Below the pieces are notes generated by a model. That model was not told the origin of the DNA, did not search any database, and worked only from the letters and a program-made list of their open reading frames with translations. A program made the position numbers and the translations under genes. From Candidatus Poribacteria bacterium (GTDB taxonomy: Bacteria; Poribacteria; WGA-4E; PCPOR2b), in the NCBI GenBank assembly GCA_965208325.1, contig OZ242326.1:2176001-2240000 (forward strand): 64,000 nt of DNA, in the 5' to 3' direction. Of this stretch, positions 47,879 to 56,273 are shown one piece after another (the first letter of the stretch is position 1; every line of letters starts with the position of its first letter).

Positions 47879-48472
47879 TTAGCCTTTTTCGCGGATACTA
47901 ATCGTCGTGATTTTGTCGCCCGGCTCAATTTTATCTAGCACATCAAGGCCCTTGACGACTTTACCGAACACTGCGTAATCACCAACAGGTTCAAGTTCGG
48001 TGAGACAGATATAGAATTCGGAGGCGTGTGATTCTGCAACTCCATCGCCTGCCATCGCAATTACCCCTTTAACATGACCCCGATCGTTTTTCTCCAATGG
48101 CATCGTGTCAGCTACCAGAGGAGAACCCGCTTGGATGGTTTCGCCGGGATTGTCAGTGTGAAACGACCTACCGTTGTAATATCCCAACCTGGCGTTCTTG
48201 ACGAAGTTTTGTACCGTCTGAGTCGCGTCGTTGGAATAGAGTTCAACTTCCATCATTCCCTTGGCTGTCTCAATCACAGCGATAGCGTTGTGAATGTCAA
48301 TCTGCGGCGCTTTTTTCTGCGCTGGCTGCGCACTTATCGTCGGACGCGCTTTCGGCGCGGGCGGCTCTTTTTTTTCCTCTGGGCAGCTTGCGAGAAACAC
48401 GACGCACATCGTTACGAGAATCGCCGGAGCAAAACGGCTGGTGCACATTCGGTTGCTACTGAGGCTTAACAT
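47879..48472 (-). CDS. Cyclophilin-like lipoprotein with a degenerate active site
   Basis: Lipobox FLASC; IETAKG.MEVELY, TVQNFV, GVIAMA, SEFYICL, YAVFGKVVKGLDV. Confidence 0.8.
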   Translation of the reverse strand: MLSLSSNRMCTSRFAPAILVTMCVVFLASCPEEKKEPPAPKARPTISAQPAQKKAPQIDIHNAIAVIETAKGMMEVELYSNDATQTVQNFVKNARLGYYNGRSFHTDNPGETIQAGSPLVADTMPLEKNDRGHVKGVIAMAGDGVAESHASEFYICLTELEPVGDYAVFGKVVKGLDVLDKIEPGDKITTISIREKG

Positions 48473-49028
48473 ACTTTGACTTCACCTCCAATCGAACGGT
48501 TTTCATGCTGTCGCCAATCTCCAACAGATCGACGACATCCATGCCTTGGATGACTCGACCAAACGTTGTATATCGTCCGTCAAGATGAGGCTGCGGTTTC
48601 AGACAGATGTAAACTTGACTCCCAGCTGAGTTTGGAGCGTTTGTACGCGCCATGGCGACGGTGCCTCTCAGATGAGGGCGTTGGTTCGGTAGGGTATACT
48701 CGTCAATGATGGTGTAGCCGGGGCCGCCGGTTCCATCGCCGTTCGGGTCACCTCCCTGCACAATGTTCAAACTCTCGTTGTTTACGATACGGTGAAATGT
48801 AAGCCCATTGTAGAACCGTTTCTTAACCAGTTTTTTGAAGTTGCCAACGGCGACGGGCGCGGAATCCGAATACAACTCAATGACAATCTTCCCCTTCGTG
48901 GTTCTCATCGTGACGACCTGCTCCTCTGAAGTCTCACTTTCGCCCATAATCATGGCGCAACTCGTCCACACGAATGGGGCGAGTAGAATGACGAGAACTT
49001 TAGCGGATAAAAGAAGATTTCTTGGCAT
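48456..49028 (-). CDS. Cyclophilin-type peptidyl-prolyl isomerase (lipoprotein)
   Basis: FYNGLTFHRIV, QGGDPNGDGTGGPGY, GTVAMAR, SAGSQ, PHLDGRYTTFGRV. Confidence 0.92.
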   Translation of the reverse strand: MPRNLLLSAKVLVILLAPFVWTSCAMIMGESETSEEQVVTMRTTKGKIVIELYSDSAPVAVGNFKKLVKKRFYNGLTFHRIVNNESLNIVQGGDPNGDGTGGPGYTIIDEYTLPNQRPHLRGTVAMARTNAPNSAGSQVYICLKPQPHLDGRYTTFGRVIQGMDVVDLLEIGDSMKTVRLEVKSKYVKPQ

Positions 49029-49093
49029 CAAGCCGCCTTTCACGGTTGTGAAACGATACCGGTTATGAAAGCTGGTTTTTTCGATTACGCATT

Positions 49094-49187
49094 AGCATAG
49101 CAAAAGTCCGAATAAAAGTCAAGAATTTCGTGGCAAATTCCTCGCCCGTCCTTTCCGCTTGATCTTTACACACGCTTAATGTATAAT
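49094..49187. promoter_or_regulatory. Divergent sigma70-type promoters (cyclophilin genes on -, leuCD on +)
   Basis: Minus strand TTGACT-17-TATGCT (49122-49094); plus strand TTGATC-17-TATAAT (49159-49187). Confidence 0.65.
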
Positions 49188-49250
49188 CTCGCACGCTAAA
49201 AATACGAATGGGACTTTGGCGTTTGAAAGTCCATGCACTAGGAGAAGCAG

Positions 49251-50654
49251 ATGAAGCCGCGAACAATGTTTGAAAAAATTTGGAACGCCCACATCGTGCG
49301 TGAAGTGCCGGGAGAAGCGACAATTCTTTATATTGACACGCATCTCGTCCACGAAGTGACCTCTCCCCAGGCGTTTGAAGGATTGAGGCTCACCGGACGA
49401 AAGGTGCGGTGTCCGCATCTTACGTTTGCGACGATGGATCATAACGTGCCGACAACGGATAGATCCCTCCCAATCACGGATTTGATTGCCGCCAAACAGA
49501 TAGAGACGTTAGCGAAAAATTGCAGCGAATTTGGGATTACCTTGTACGACCTGCATAGTGCGAAACAGGGTATCGTGCATGTAATTGGCCCTGAACTTGG
49601 GATTACGCAGCCGGGAAAGACGATGGTATGCGGCGACAGCCACACCTCGACGCACGGCGCGTTGGGGGCGCTTGCCATCGGCATTGGTACCAGCGAAATC
49701 GAGCACGTCCTCGCGACACAATGCCTTCTGCAGCAGCGTTCGAAGACCTTTGAAATCAACATCGAAGGACAGCTTTCCCACGGCGTGACAGCGAAGGATA
49801 TCATTCTCTCAATAATTGGGAAAATCGGAATTGGAGGCGGCACGGGAACGGTGATTGAATATTCAGGTTCGACCATCCGATCGTTGAGCATTGAGGAGCG
49901 GATGACGGTGTGTAATATGTCCATCGAAGCCGGTGCGCGAGCCGGGATGGTCGCGCCCGATGATACGACCTATGAATACTTGGCTGACCGCGAATTTTCA
50001 CCGAATGGAGACGCCTTTAATCGCGCCGTCGAGCGGTGGAACAGACTGCGGCCCGATGAGGGTGCAAGTTATGACAAATCCATCAGCATTGATGCAAAAA
50101 CACTTGCGCCCCAAGTTACATGGGGGACCAACCCCGGTATGGTAACCGATGTGACCGGCGTTGTCCCGGATCCGGACGATATGCCGACACTTGATGAGAA
50201 AAATGCCGTCCAACGAGCGCTTGAGTATGTCAATCTGACACCGGGAACACAAATGACAGATGTTCAGGTAGACAGGGTGTTCATCGGCAGTTGCACAAAT
50301 TCGCGCATCACCGATCTTCGCGCAGCGGCTGAAACGGCGAAAGGAAGAAAGGTTGCTCCGACAGTAAATGCGCTTGTCGTCCCGGGATCGCAAGCGGTCA
50401 AACGGCAAGCGGAAGCGGAAGGCTTAGACGGTATCTTCCGCGCCGCCGGTTTTGAATGGCGCGAGGCGGGATGCAGCATGTGTCTCGGCATGAATCCAGA
50501 CATCCTGATGCCAGGGCAGCGATGTGCGAGCACATCGAACCGAAATTTTGAGGGCAGGCAAGGGAAAGGCGGGCGGACGCACCTCGTCAGTCCGCAGATG
50601 GCTGCGGCGGCTGCCATCGCTGGGCATTTCGTCGATGTTCGGACGTGGGAATAA
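49251..50654 (+). CDS. leuC: 3-isopropylmalate dehydratase large subunit
   Basis: [48 protein letters not shown]. Confidence 0.97.
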   Translation: MKPRTMFEKIWNAHIVREVPGEATILYIDTHLVHEVTSPQAFEGLRLTGRKVRCPHLTFATMDHNVPTTDRSLPITDLIAAKQIETLAKNCSEFGITLYDLHSAKQGIVHVIGPELGITQPGKTMVCGDSHTSTHGALGALAIGIGTSEIEHVLATQCLLQQRSKTFEINIEGQLSHGVTAKDIILSIIGKIGIGGGTGTVIEYSGSTIRSLSIEERMTVCNMSIEAGARAGMVAPDDTTYEYLADREFSPNGDAFNRAVERWNRLRPDEGASYDKSISIDAKTLAPQVTWGTNPGMVTDVTGVVPDPDDMPTLDEKNAVQRALEYVNLTPGTQMTDVQVDRVFIGSCTNSRITDLRAAAETAKGRKVAPTVNALVVPGSQAVKRQAEAEGLDGIFRAAGFEWREAGCSMCLGMNPDILMPGQRCASTSNRNFEGRQGKGGRTHLVSPQMAAAAAIAGHFVDVRTWE

Positions 50655-50709
50655 CACCTAACCGCAATGTGCAAGAATTATCATCGGCGAGCCAATAGGA
50701 GACAGGAGT

Positions 50710-51303
50710 ATGGAACCCTTTCGAAAACACACGGGACTGTGTGTCCCGCTGAATCGAATTAATGTTGATACCGACCAAATCATCCCCAAGCAGTTTTTGA
50801 AGCGCATCGAACGTACCGGTTTTGGCGCGTACCTCTTTCACGACTGGCGCATTCTTGACACGGGCGAACTCAATCCGGATTTCATTCTGAACGCGCCGCG
50901 GTATCAGGGAGCAAGCATCCTGGTTGCGGGCACCAACTTTGGCTGCGGCAGCTCTCGTGAACATGCGCCGTGGGCTTTGCAAGATTACGGTTTCGCGGCG
51001 GTAATCGCGCCTTCCTTCGGTGACATTTTCCGGAACAACTCCTACAAAAACGGCCTCCTGCCGGTCGTTTTGTCGGAGGATATTGCTGCGGATCTCATGC
51101 GGCAGATCGAGGCGCAAGAGGGTTACAAGCTGACAATAGATCTCGAAAGCCAGAACGTGATTCAACCGAATGGGTCAGCGCACCCGTTTGAGATTGGAGA
51201 TTTCCAGAAGCAGTGCCTGCTCAACGGCTTGGATGAAATTGGTTGGACACTCCAGTTTGAATCGTCAATTGCGGAGTATGAGAGCCGAATGGAAATTTAT
51301 TGA
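50710..51303 (+). CDS. leuD: 3-isopropylmalate dehydratase small subunit
   Basis: [28 protein letters not shown]. Confidence 0.97.
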   Translation: MEPFRKHTGLCVPLNRINVDTDQIIPKQFLKRIERTGFGAYLFHDWRILDTGELNPDFILNAPRYQGASILVAGTNFGCGSSREHAPWALQDYGFAAVIAPSFGDIFRNNSYKNGLLPVVLSEDIAADLMRQIEAQEGYKLTIDLESQNVIQPNGSAHPFEIGDFQKQCLLNGLDEIGWTLQFESSIAEYESRMEIY

Positions 51304-51324
51304 GGTAGCGCGCAAACAGATCAA

Positions 51325-51367
51325 CACCGCGCACTTTTTACTTTCGCGCGATTTTCCGTTATTTCAT
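51325..51367 (-). pseudogene. Decayed hicA toxin remnant
   Basis: ATGA overlap with the hicB stop; reads M-K-*-R-K-I-A-R-K-*-K, resembling HicA N-termini of the MKYRE(I/V)ARKL type. Confidence 0.45.
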
Positions 51368-51636
51368 GTAATGGGATAGGCAGTTTCTAAGGAAATCGGG
51401 TTGTTGGCTTTGGGAATGTGTGCATTGCTAGGAAGGGGTTTACCGAGTTCTTCATAGAGTTCGACAACGGCAAGAAAAGCGTCATTAGCATTTTCTAACG
51501 CTTCATCTATAGAATCGCCTTCTGTTATGAGTTCTGGCAATGTAGGGGAGGTGACGGTATAACCTCCTTCAGGCTGTGGCGTTAAAATTAACTTGATGCT
51601 CTCAAACTCCTTTTCTAATGCATTGGGAGATTGCAT
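51364..51636 (-). CDS. HicB family antitoxin
   Basis: PQPEGGYTVTSPTLPELITEGDSIDEALENANDA...ELGKPLP; start uncertain. Confidence 0.85.
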   Translation of the reverse strand: MQSPNALEKEFESIKLILTPQPEGGYTVTSPTLPELITEGDSIDEALENANDAFLAVVELYEELGKPLPSNAHIPKANNPISLETAYPIT

Positions 51637-52057
51637 AGTTGTTCGCAGTGCTAAGAAAATTGTGGATTTGTTCAAGGACCTCCACTGGGTTATCTAATTG
51701 ACATTCCCAGATTGTTAAAACCCGCCATCCTTTTTCCATTAAGGAATCTGCGTGCTTTATATCCCTTTTCCGAGTGCGCGACAACTTAGGCTCCCAATAT
51801 TGTGTGTTTGACTTTGGCAAATGCGCCATTGGACAATCAGGGGCAGGATGCCAATGCCAGAAACAGCCGTTTACAAAGATAATTGCCTTGTGACGAGGCA
51901 ACACAATATCTGGCCTTCCCGGCAAGTCGTGACGGTGCAACCGAAATCGGAATCCTAATCGGTGTACCATTGAACGAACTGCTAGTTCGGGTTTCGTACC
52001 CTTTGACTTAACACGGGACATGCACCATGAGCGGTCTTCGACCGATAATTTGTCCAT
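51602..52057 (-). CDS. vsr: Very short patch repair endonuclease Vsr
   Basis: RSWCMSRVKSKGTKPEL, DLPGRPDIV, FVNGCFWH, PKSNTQYW, GWRVLTIWEC. Confidence 0.92.
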   Translation of the reverse strand: MDKLSVEDRSWCMSRVKSKGTKPELAVRSMVHRLGFRFRLHRHDLPGRPDIVLPRHKAIIFVNGCFWHWHPAPDCPMAHLPKSNTQYWEPKLSRTRKRDIKHADSLMEKGWRVLTIWECQLDNPVEVLEQIHNFLSTANNYAISQCIRKGV

Positions 52058-52260
52058 AATTTCTTCACCTGAAGACACGTTGCATCTTTTCGCGTAGGAA
52101 TTATGCGAGCACGTCGTCCGGAAGCGAATCCAACAGCACCTCCCCGCCACGACGATTTAAAATACCTTCCAACCTCAGAAGTCATCGCGCTCAAAAGAAT
52201 TTCCACCGTTCGGCCAGTGGTTCTTCATCACTTCGTAAACCGCACGCAGACGGACAATGC

Positions 52261-52318
52261 GAGTGAAACCCAACACTTAAAAGTAGGTAGTTGGTTGGAT
52301 TGGGTGCTAGGTTTCACT
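52261..52318. repeat. Degenerate inner arms of a REPIN-like element
   Basis: GAGTGAAACCCAACAC ... GTGCTAGGTTTCACT. Confidence 0.5.
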
Positions 52319-52419
52319 ACAAGTCGACCGTTCTAAAACAGAATTGTTGAAAGCCAGAGGCTTTATTGTTGTTTATGGAGATTTGCTTTTTTCCAATCAA
52401 CACAACCTCTGGCGAATAT

Positions 52420-53667
52420 CTAATCTGTCAGTTGCGAGACTGTAGCCGCCGCAGCGGCGAGTGCTTCTTCGACGCGGCGGTTGGTCTCTGCATCAATGGC
52501 GTTCGGATGGATGGCGGAGATGGGTCCGTCTTGGTGGAGGTCACCGGAGATGACGGTAATCTGATCGACAGGGAATAAATCGAGGGTTTGGGCAAACGGT
52601 TCGATTAAATCCTCAAACTTCTCAATGATGTAGGTTGTCAGACCGGGATCGCCTGCCGAACGGAGGATTTCGATGGTGCGCTTGAGTTGGGTGAGTTCGG
52701 CTTGCGCCTGCCCGCGGATGGTCGCGGCTTGCGCTTCCGCCTCTTGAATCATCTTCTCTTTTGTCGCAGCCGCGGGGACGATGGTATCCGCCTCGCACCG
52801 CGCCCGCACCATCTCGATTCGCTGCGTTTCAGCCTCAATCTGCGCCTGAATGCCCGCGACCTCAGAGTCCGCGTTGCGGGTCTCTTCCTGCGCATCAATG
52901 GCGCCGCGCTGATTCTCTTCCGCAGTCTTGACCTTTGCTTCTGCGTCGATCCGTTGATGCTCGTTTTCAAGCTCGCGGACAGACACTTCAGCCCGGCGTT
53001 CTTCCGACTGCTCCTTTGCGGCGGCGCGCGCGTTGGCTTGCGCTTCGCGGGACTGCGCTTCGGCATCGGCAGTTTGAATGCGTTTGAGCAGCGCGATATA
53101 CAGATCGGGTTCTTCAACGCCTTCGAGCCGATGATCGTCCACGTCGGCGATATTCATAGTGGTGATTTCCAGGCCGATGCCTTCCAGATCGGATTTGCAG
53201 ACCTTAATCATGTTCTGGATAAGCTGGTCTTTTTGGCTCATCACCTCTTCGGGGGTCATTGCCGCAATGGAGTCGCGCAGATGCCCTTCAATGATGGACG
53301 TGGCAATGGCTTGCAGTTCGTCCCAGTTCCGAGTCATGTTCAGGATGCGCTTGACTGCGTTGACAAGCCCCTTCTCGGTTTTTGCGACCGCATAGCTGAC
53401 GGTTGCCTTTACGGTTAGCGGCACAATTCCCTCGGCGATGGCGGATTCCACAACCACCGTCGTGGTTTGAGGGGTTAAGTCCATGGTGCTAAAGCGGTTG
53501 ATGAGCGGAAACACGAAAACGCGCCCGCCCCGGAACGTACTGAAACTGCCGCCTCTACCGTGCACCACGGCAAGTTCGCTCGGGGGAATCAGCTTCATCT
53601 TCATCACCAATTGAAGAATTAACGTAATGAAGATGAGTAGTCCGAGTATAATGAGGAAGAGTATCAT
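52420..53667 (-). CDS. Flotillin/SPFH domain protein
   Basis: N-terminal TM; GGRVFVFP, IEGHLRDSIAAMTPEE, DLEGIGLEI; AEA-rich coiled coil. Confidence 0.88.
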   Translation of the reverse strand: MILFLIILGLLIFITLILQLVMKMKLIPPSELAVVHGRGGSFSTFRGGRVFVFPLINRFSTMDLTPQTTTVVVESAIAEGIVPLTVKATVSYAVAKTEKGLVNAVKRILNMTRNWDELQAIATSIIEGHLRDSIAAMTPEEVMSQKDQLIQNMIKVCKSDLEGIGLEITTMNIADVDDHRLEGVEEPDLYIALLKRIQTADAEAQSREAQANARAAAKEQSEERRAEVSVRELENEHQRIDAEAKVKTAEENQRGAIDAQEETRNADSEVAGIQAQIEAETQRIEMVRARCEADTIVPAAATKEKMIQEAEAQAATIRGQAQAELTQLKRTIEILRSAGDPGLTTYIIEKFEDLIEPFAQTLDLFPVDQITVISGDLHQDGPISAIHPNAIDAETNRRVEEALAAAAATVSQLTD

Positions 53668-55124
53668 GATACACCCCCTTCTTGAATTGCCGCGGATTCA
53701 GCGGCATTTGCTTCGTCTGCGCCTCTCTGCGTGATGAGGTCTTTTACACTAATGCCGAAGCCCTGTTCAAAGCATCTCAGGAAATCGACAAATGCCGCCG
53801 GACCTCGATTGACTGCGCTATTGAAGCCGTCTTCTTCGTTGAGCACCAGCAAATTATCAACCTTCAACGACTTCGCATGTGTGCGGTACGCTTCGAAGAG
53901 GTGCGGCAATTGCGTAATGAACAGCGCGATTTTGCCCGTATCCTGGGTTTCCTTGAGTAAATCCACTTTCTGTTGAAGAAGATCATTCTCCGTCTGCTGA
54001 ACAATCTCAACGGCTCTCGCCTCGCCCTCCGCCAAAATCTCCGCAGCGCGGCGATTGGCTTCAGCCTCCACAATAACCTCGGAACGGTTCTTCAACTTTT
54101 GAAGTTCCGCCGTGACCTCCTCAATGCGCCTCTGGCCGGTACTTCTGGCTTTGACGATGCCGCTGTCCGCCTCGAGTTTTGCGCGGTGGATTGATGCGTC
54201 GCATTGACGGCGAAACAGTTCAACGCCTTGCCGGGCTTGAAGAATTTTCTCCGTGGCGCGGTTTTCAGCCACTAACATTCGGCGTTTTGAATCGGATTCG
54301 GCGCGCTCGGCACGCGCTTGCAGCCGCGCCTCCTCAATTTCTACCTCCTGGCGTTTGCGCGAAAGGGTTTTGTTCGCGAGATTAGCGATGTAGTTAGAGG
54401 TGTCCCAAATCCGTTGGAGCGATACCGAGACCACATTCATACCGAAAGCGCTTAAATCCTCGCGGCAATCCTCAAGCAACAGATGCCGGAAGATTGCCCG
54501 ATCGCCGTCTTTGGATTCCGGCGTTGCGACTGGCGGTGAATCGTCCGCGCCTTGTTCGATATTCGCTGCGTTTCCCTCTGAAGGCTCGCTAGCGGCGGAG
54601 GTTTTGACTGTTTCCGCCGACTCCACACTATCTACGCTCTCATCCATGCCGATTGCCTGCAACGGCGTGGTTTTGTTGAGTGTCGCACGGAAGTTGCCAA
54701 TCATCGTCTGTTGAATCTGTTCTTGTATCTGTGCGCGCGATTTCCCAAGCAGTTGCTGCACGGCGCTGTAGAGCAACACTTTGTCCATGTCGTCGATGCA
54801 AACGCACGCTGTCGCGTCCGATCCGACGGTGATACCGTTCGCCGAATTCACATTATCGACCTGTACGTTTATCGGGATGATTGTGATATCAATGAACCGG
54901 GCGCTCTGAATGAACGGAATGACGAAGGTCCAACCGCCTTTTTGAAGCCGGAAACCGTATTTTTTGCCCTCAACGACGGTTTGTACGCCTCCGGTAACGA
55001 CGAGAATATGATTAGATGGACAGACACGCACCAAAGCGCGCAGGCCCGCAATCAAAATGAGGAAAACAATGACCGCGAGAACGCCGCCGGCAATGCCGCC
55101 GCCTTGAGTAAGGATTTCTTCCAT
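53664..55124 (-). CDS. Flotillin/SPFH domain protein
   Basis: TM; RVCPSNHILVVTG, GGWTFVIPFIQ, GNFRATL; EAEA-rich coiled coil. Confidence 0.88.
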   Translation of the reverse strand: MEEILTQGGGIAGGVLAVIVFLILIAGLRALVRVCPSNHILVVTGGVQTVVEGKKYGFRLQKGGWTFVIPFIQSARFIDITIIPINVQVDNVNSANGITVGSDATACVCIDDMDKVLLYSAVQQLLGKSRAQIQEQIQQTMIGNFRATLNKTTPLQAIGMDESVDSVESAETVKTSAASEPSEGNAANIEQGADDSPPVATPESKDGDRAIFRHLLLEDCREDLSAFGMNVVSVSLQRIWDTSNYIANLANKTLSRKRQEVEIEEARLQARAERAESDSKRRMLVAENRATEKILQARQGVELFRRQCDASIHRAKLEADSGIVKARSTGQRRIEEVTAELQKLKNRSEVIVEAEANRRAAEILAEGEARAVEIVQQTENDLLQQKVDLLKETQDTGKIALFITQLPHLFEAYRTHAKSLKVDNLLVLNEEDGFNSAVNRGPAAFVDFLRCFEQGFGISVKDLITQRGADEANAAESAAIQEGGVS

Positions 55125-55130
55125 GTTTAT

Positions 55131-55799
55131 CTACTCCTTTGCAATTTTTTCGTGCTCGACGTAAACACACTCAGGGGTGACGTTGGTCACCCAAACCGTA
55201 TCCCCTTTTTCAAACTGGGTATTTGGTTCGGCAGCCAGCGCGTATTGTTCGGTCACATTCATACCGACCCGAACACGCACTTTACCCATTGTGTCGTGTG
55301 TTAGTGGAACGATAACCGTTGCTCGCTGGAAGTAAAGTTCTTCTGATTGGAGGGATGAATCCGTGTCGGTGCGCTGGAATCGAAAGAATGCCCGCGCCAA
55401 CACAAAAGCCGCCAGCCCTGCCGGCACCGCCCAGACTAAACTCTTTGCCGCACTGTTTCCCAAAGTAATGGCTACCCAGCCGGTAGGTCCAAAACCGAGA
55501 CAGAAATAGACGAGGCTGCGCAGGTAAGAAAGAACAGACAGCACAGCTACCCTGCCGGTTGGGTGAGTGATATCCGCGGGCGCTGTTTTTCCCGAGTGAA
55601 CTTCATCCGGCGGCAGATCGGTGTCGAAGTTCATGTCGGCGTGCTCACCTTCGCCGCCCTGCGCATCACCCGCATCGGGTGCGTCCGCAGCGTCTCCGCC
55701 ATCGTCTTGACTTCCGCTCAAGAATCCAAGGAAATCAAGGACTGTAATGCTCACAGAAAACAGTGTACAACCGATGTAAACGCCATTGAGCCAGCCCAT
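55131..55799 (-). CDS. NfeD-like (YuaF/YqiJ-type) membrane protein
   Basis: TMs with FCLGFGPTG; C-terminal OB-like ATVIVPL...MGKVRV; AAGGAGG RBS; precedes the flotillins. Confidence 0.75.
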   Translation of the reverse strand: MGWLNGVYIGCTLFSVSITVLDFLGFLSGSQDDGGDAADAPDAGDAQGGEGEHADMNFDTDLPPDEVHSGKTAPADITHPTGRVAVLSVLSYLRSLVYFCLGFGPTGWVAITLGNSAAKSLVWAVPAGLAAFVLARAFFRFQRTDTDSSLQSEELYFQRATVIVPLTHDTMGKVRVRVGMNVTEQYALAAEPNTQFEKGDTVWVTNVTPECVYVEHEKIAKE

Positions 55800-55945
55800 C
55801 AGACACCTCCTTGTCATAGGGAAGTTGGAGTGAATGGGGTAGATGATTATGTTGCTCTTGAAACGCCTTAATGGATTGAGGTCATGCTTTTCATCAGCCG
55901 GTATTTTTGGCTACTGAACGCCGCTCATTTTATCCATTAAGGCAA

Positions 55946-55974
55946 AGATTAACACAAGAAGGTTAAAGTGTCAA
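55946..55974 (-). promoter_or_regulatory. Sigma70-type promoter for the nfeD-flotillin operon
   Basis: Minus strand TTGACA-17 bp-TAATCT with extended TG. Confidence 0.6.
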
Positions 55975-56040
55975 GCGTTCTAGCTCGACTTCATTATCCT
56001 ATCCGGATTAGCGGTTCAAAGGTAACGCGGGCAAGGTTTT

Positions 56041-56147
56041 GTAGGATGGATTGAGCGGGTTATATCGAATACTTAGCGAATAAAATATAACGCCATGTAC
56101 ATAATACCACGCAATCGCAAAAATCAATGAAGCTTAACCCAACCTAC
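56041..56147. repeat. Short REPIN-like element (outer arms only)
   Basis: GTAGGATGGATTGAGCG ... GCTTAACCCAACCTAC. Confidence 0.65.
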
Positions 56148-56273
56148 GGGGGAATCGCATGTGATTGTAAAGAGGTAGGAGAGAAGGAGAAGGGAGGAGG
56201 TGACTTGGTTTTTACGCCCAATAATAGGGCGAGAGGTGTATGCCGCGAGCCGCAATTTGCGGCTTTCGAACCG

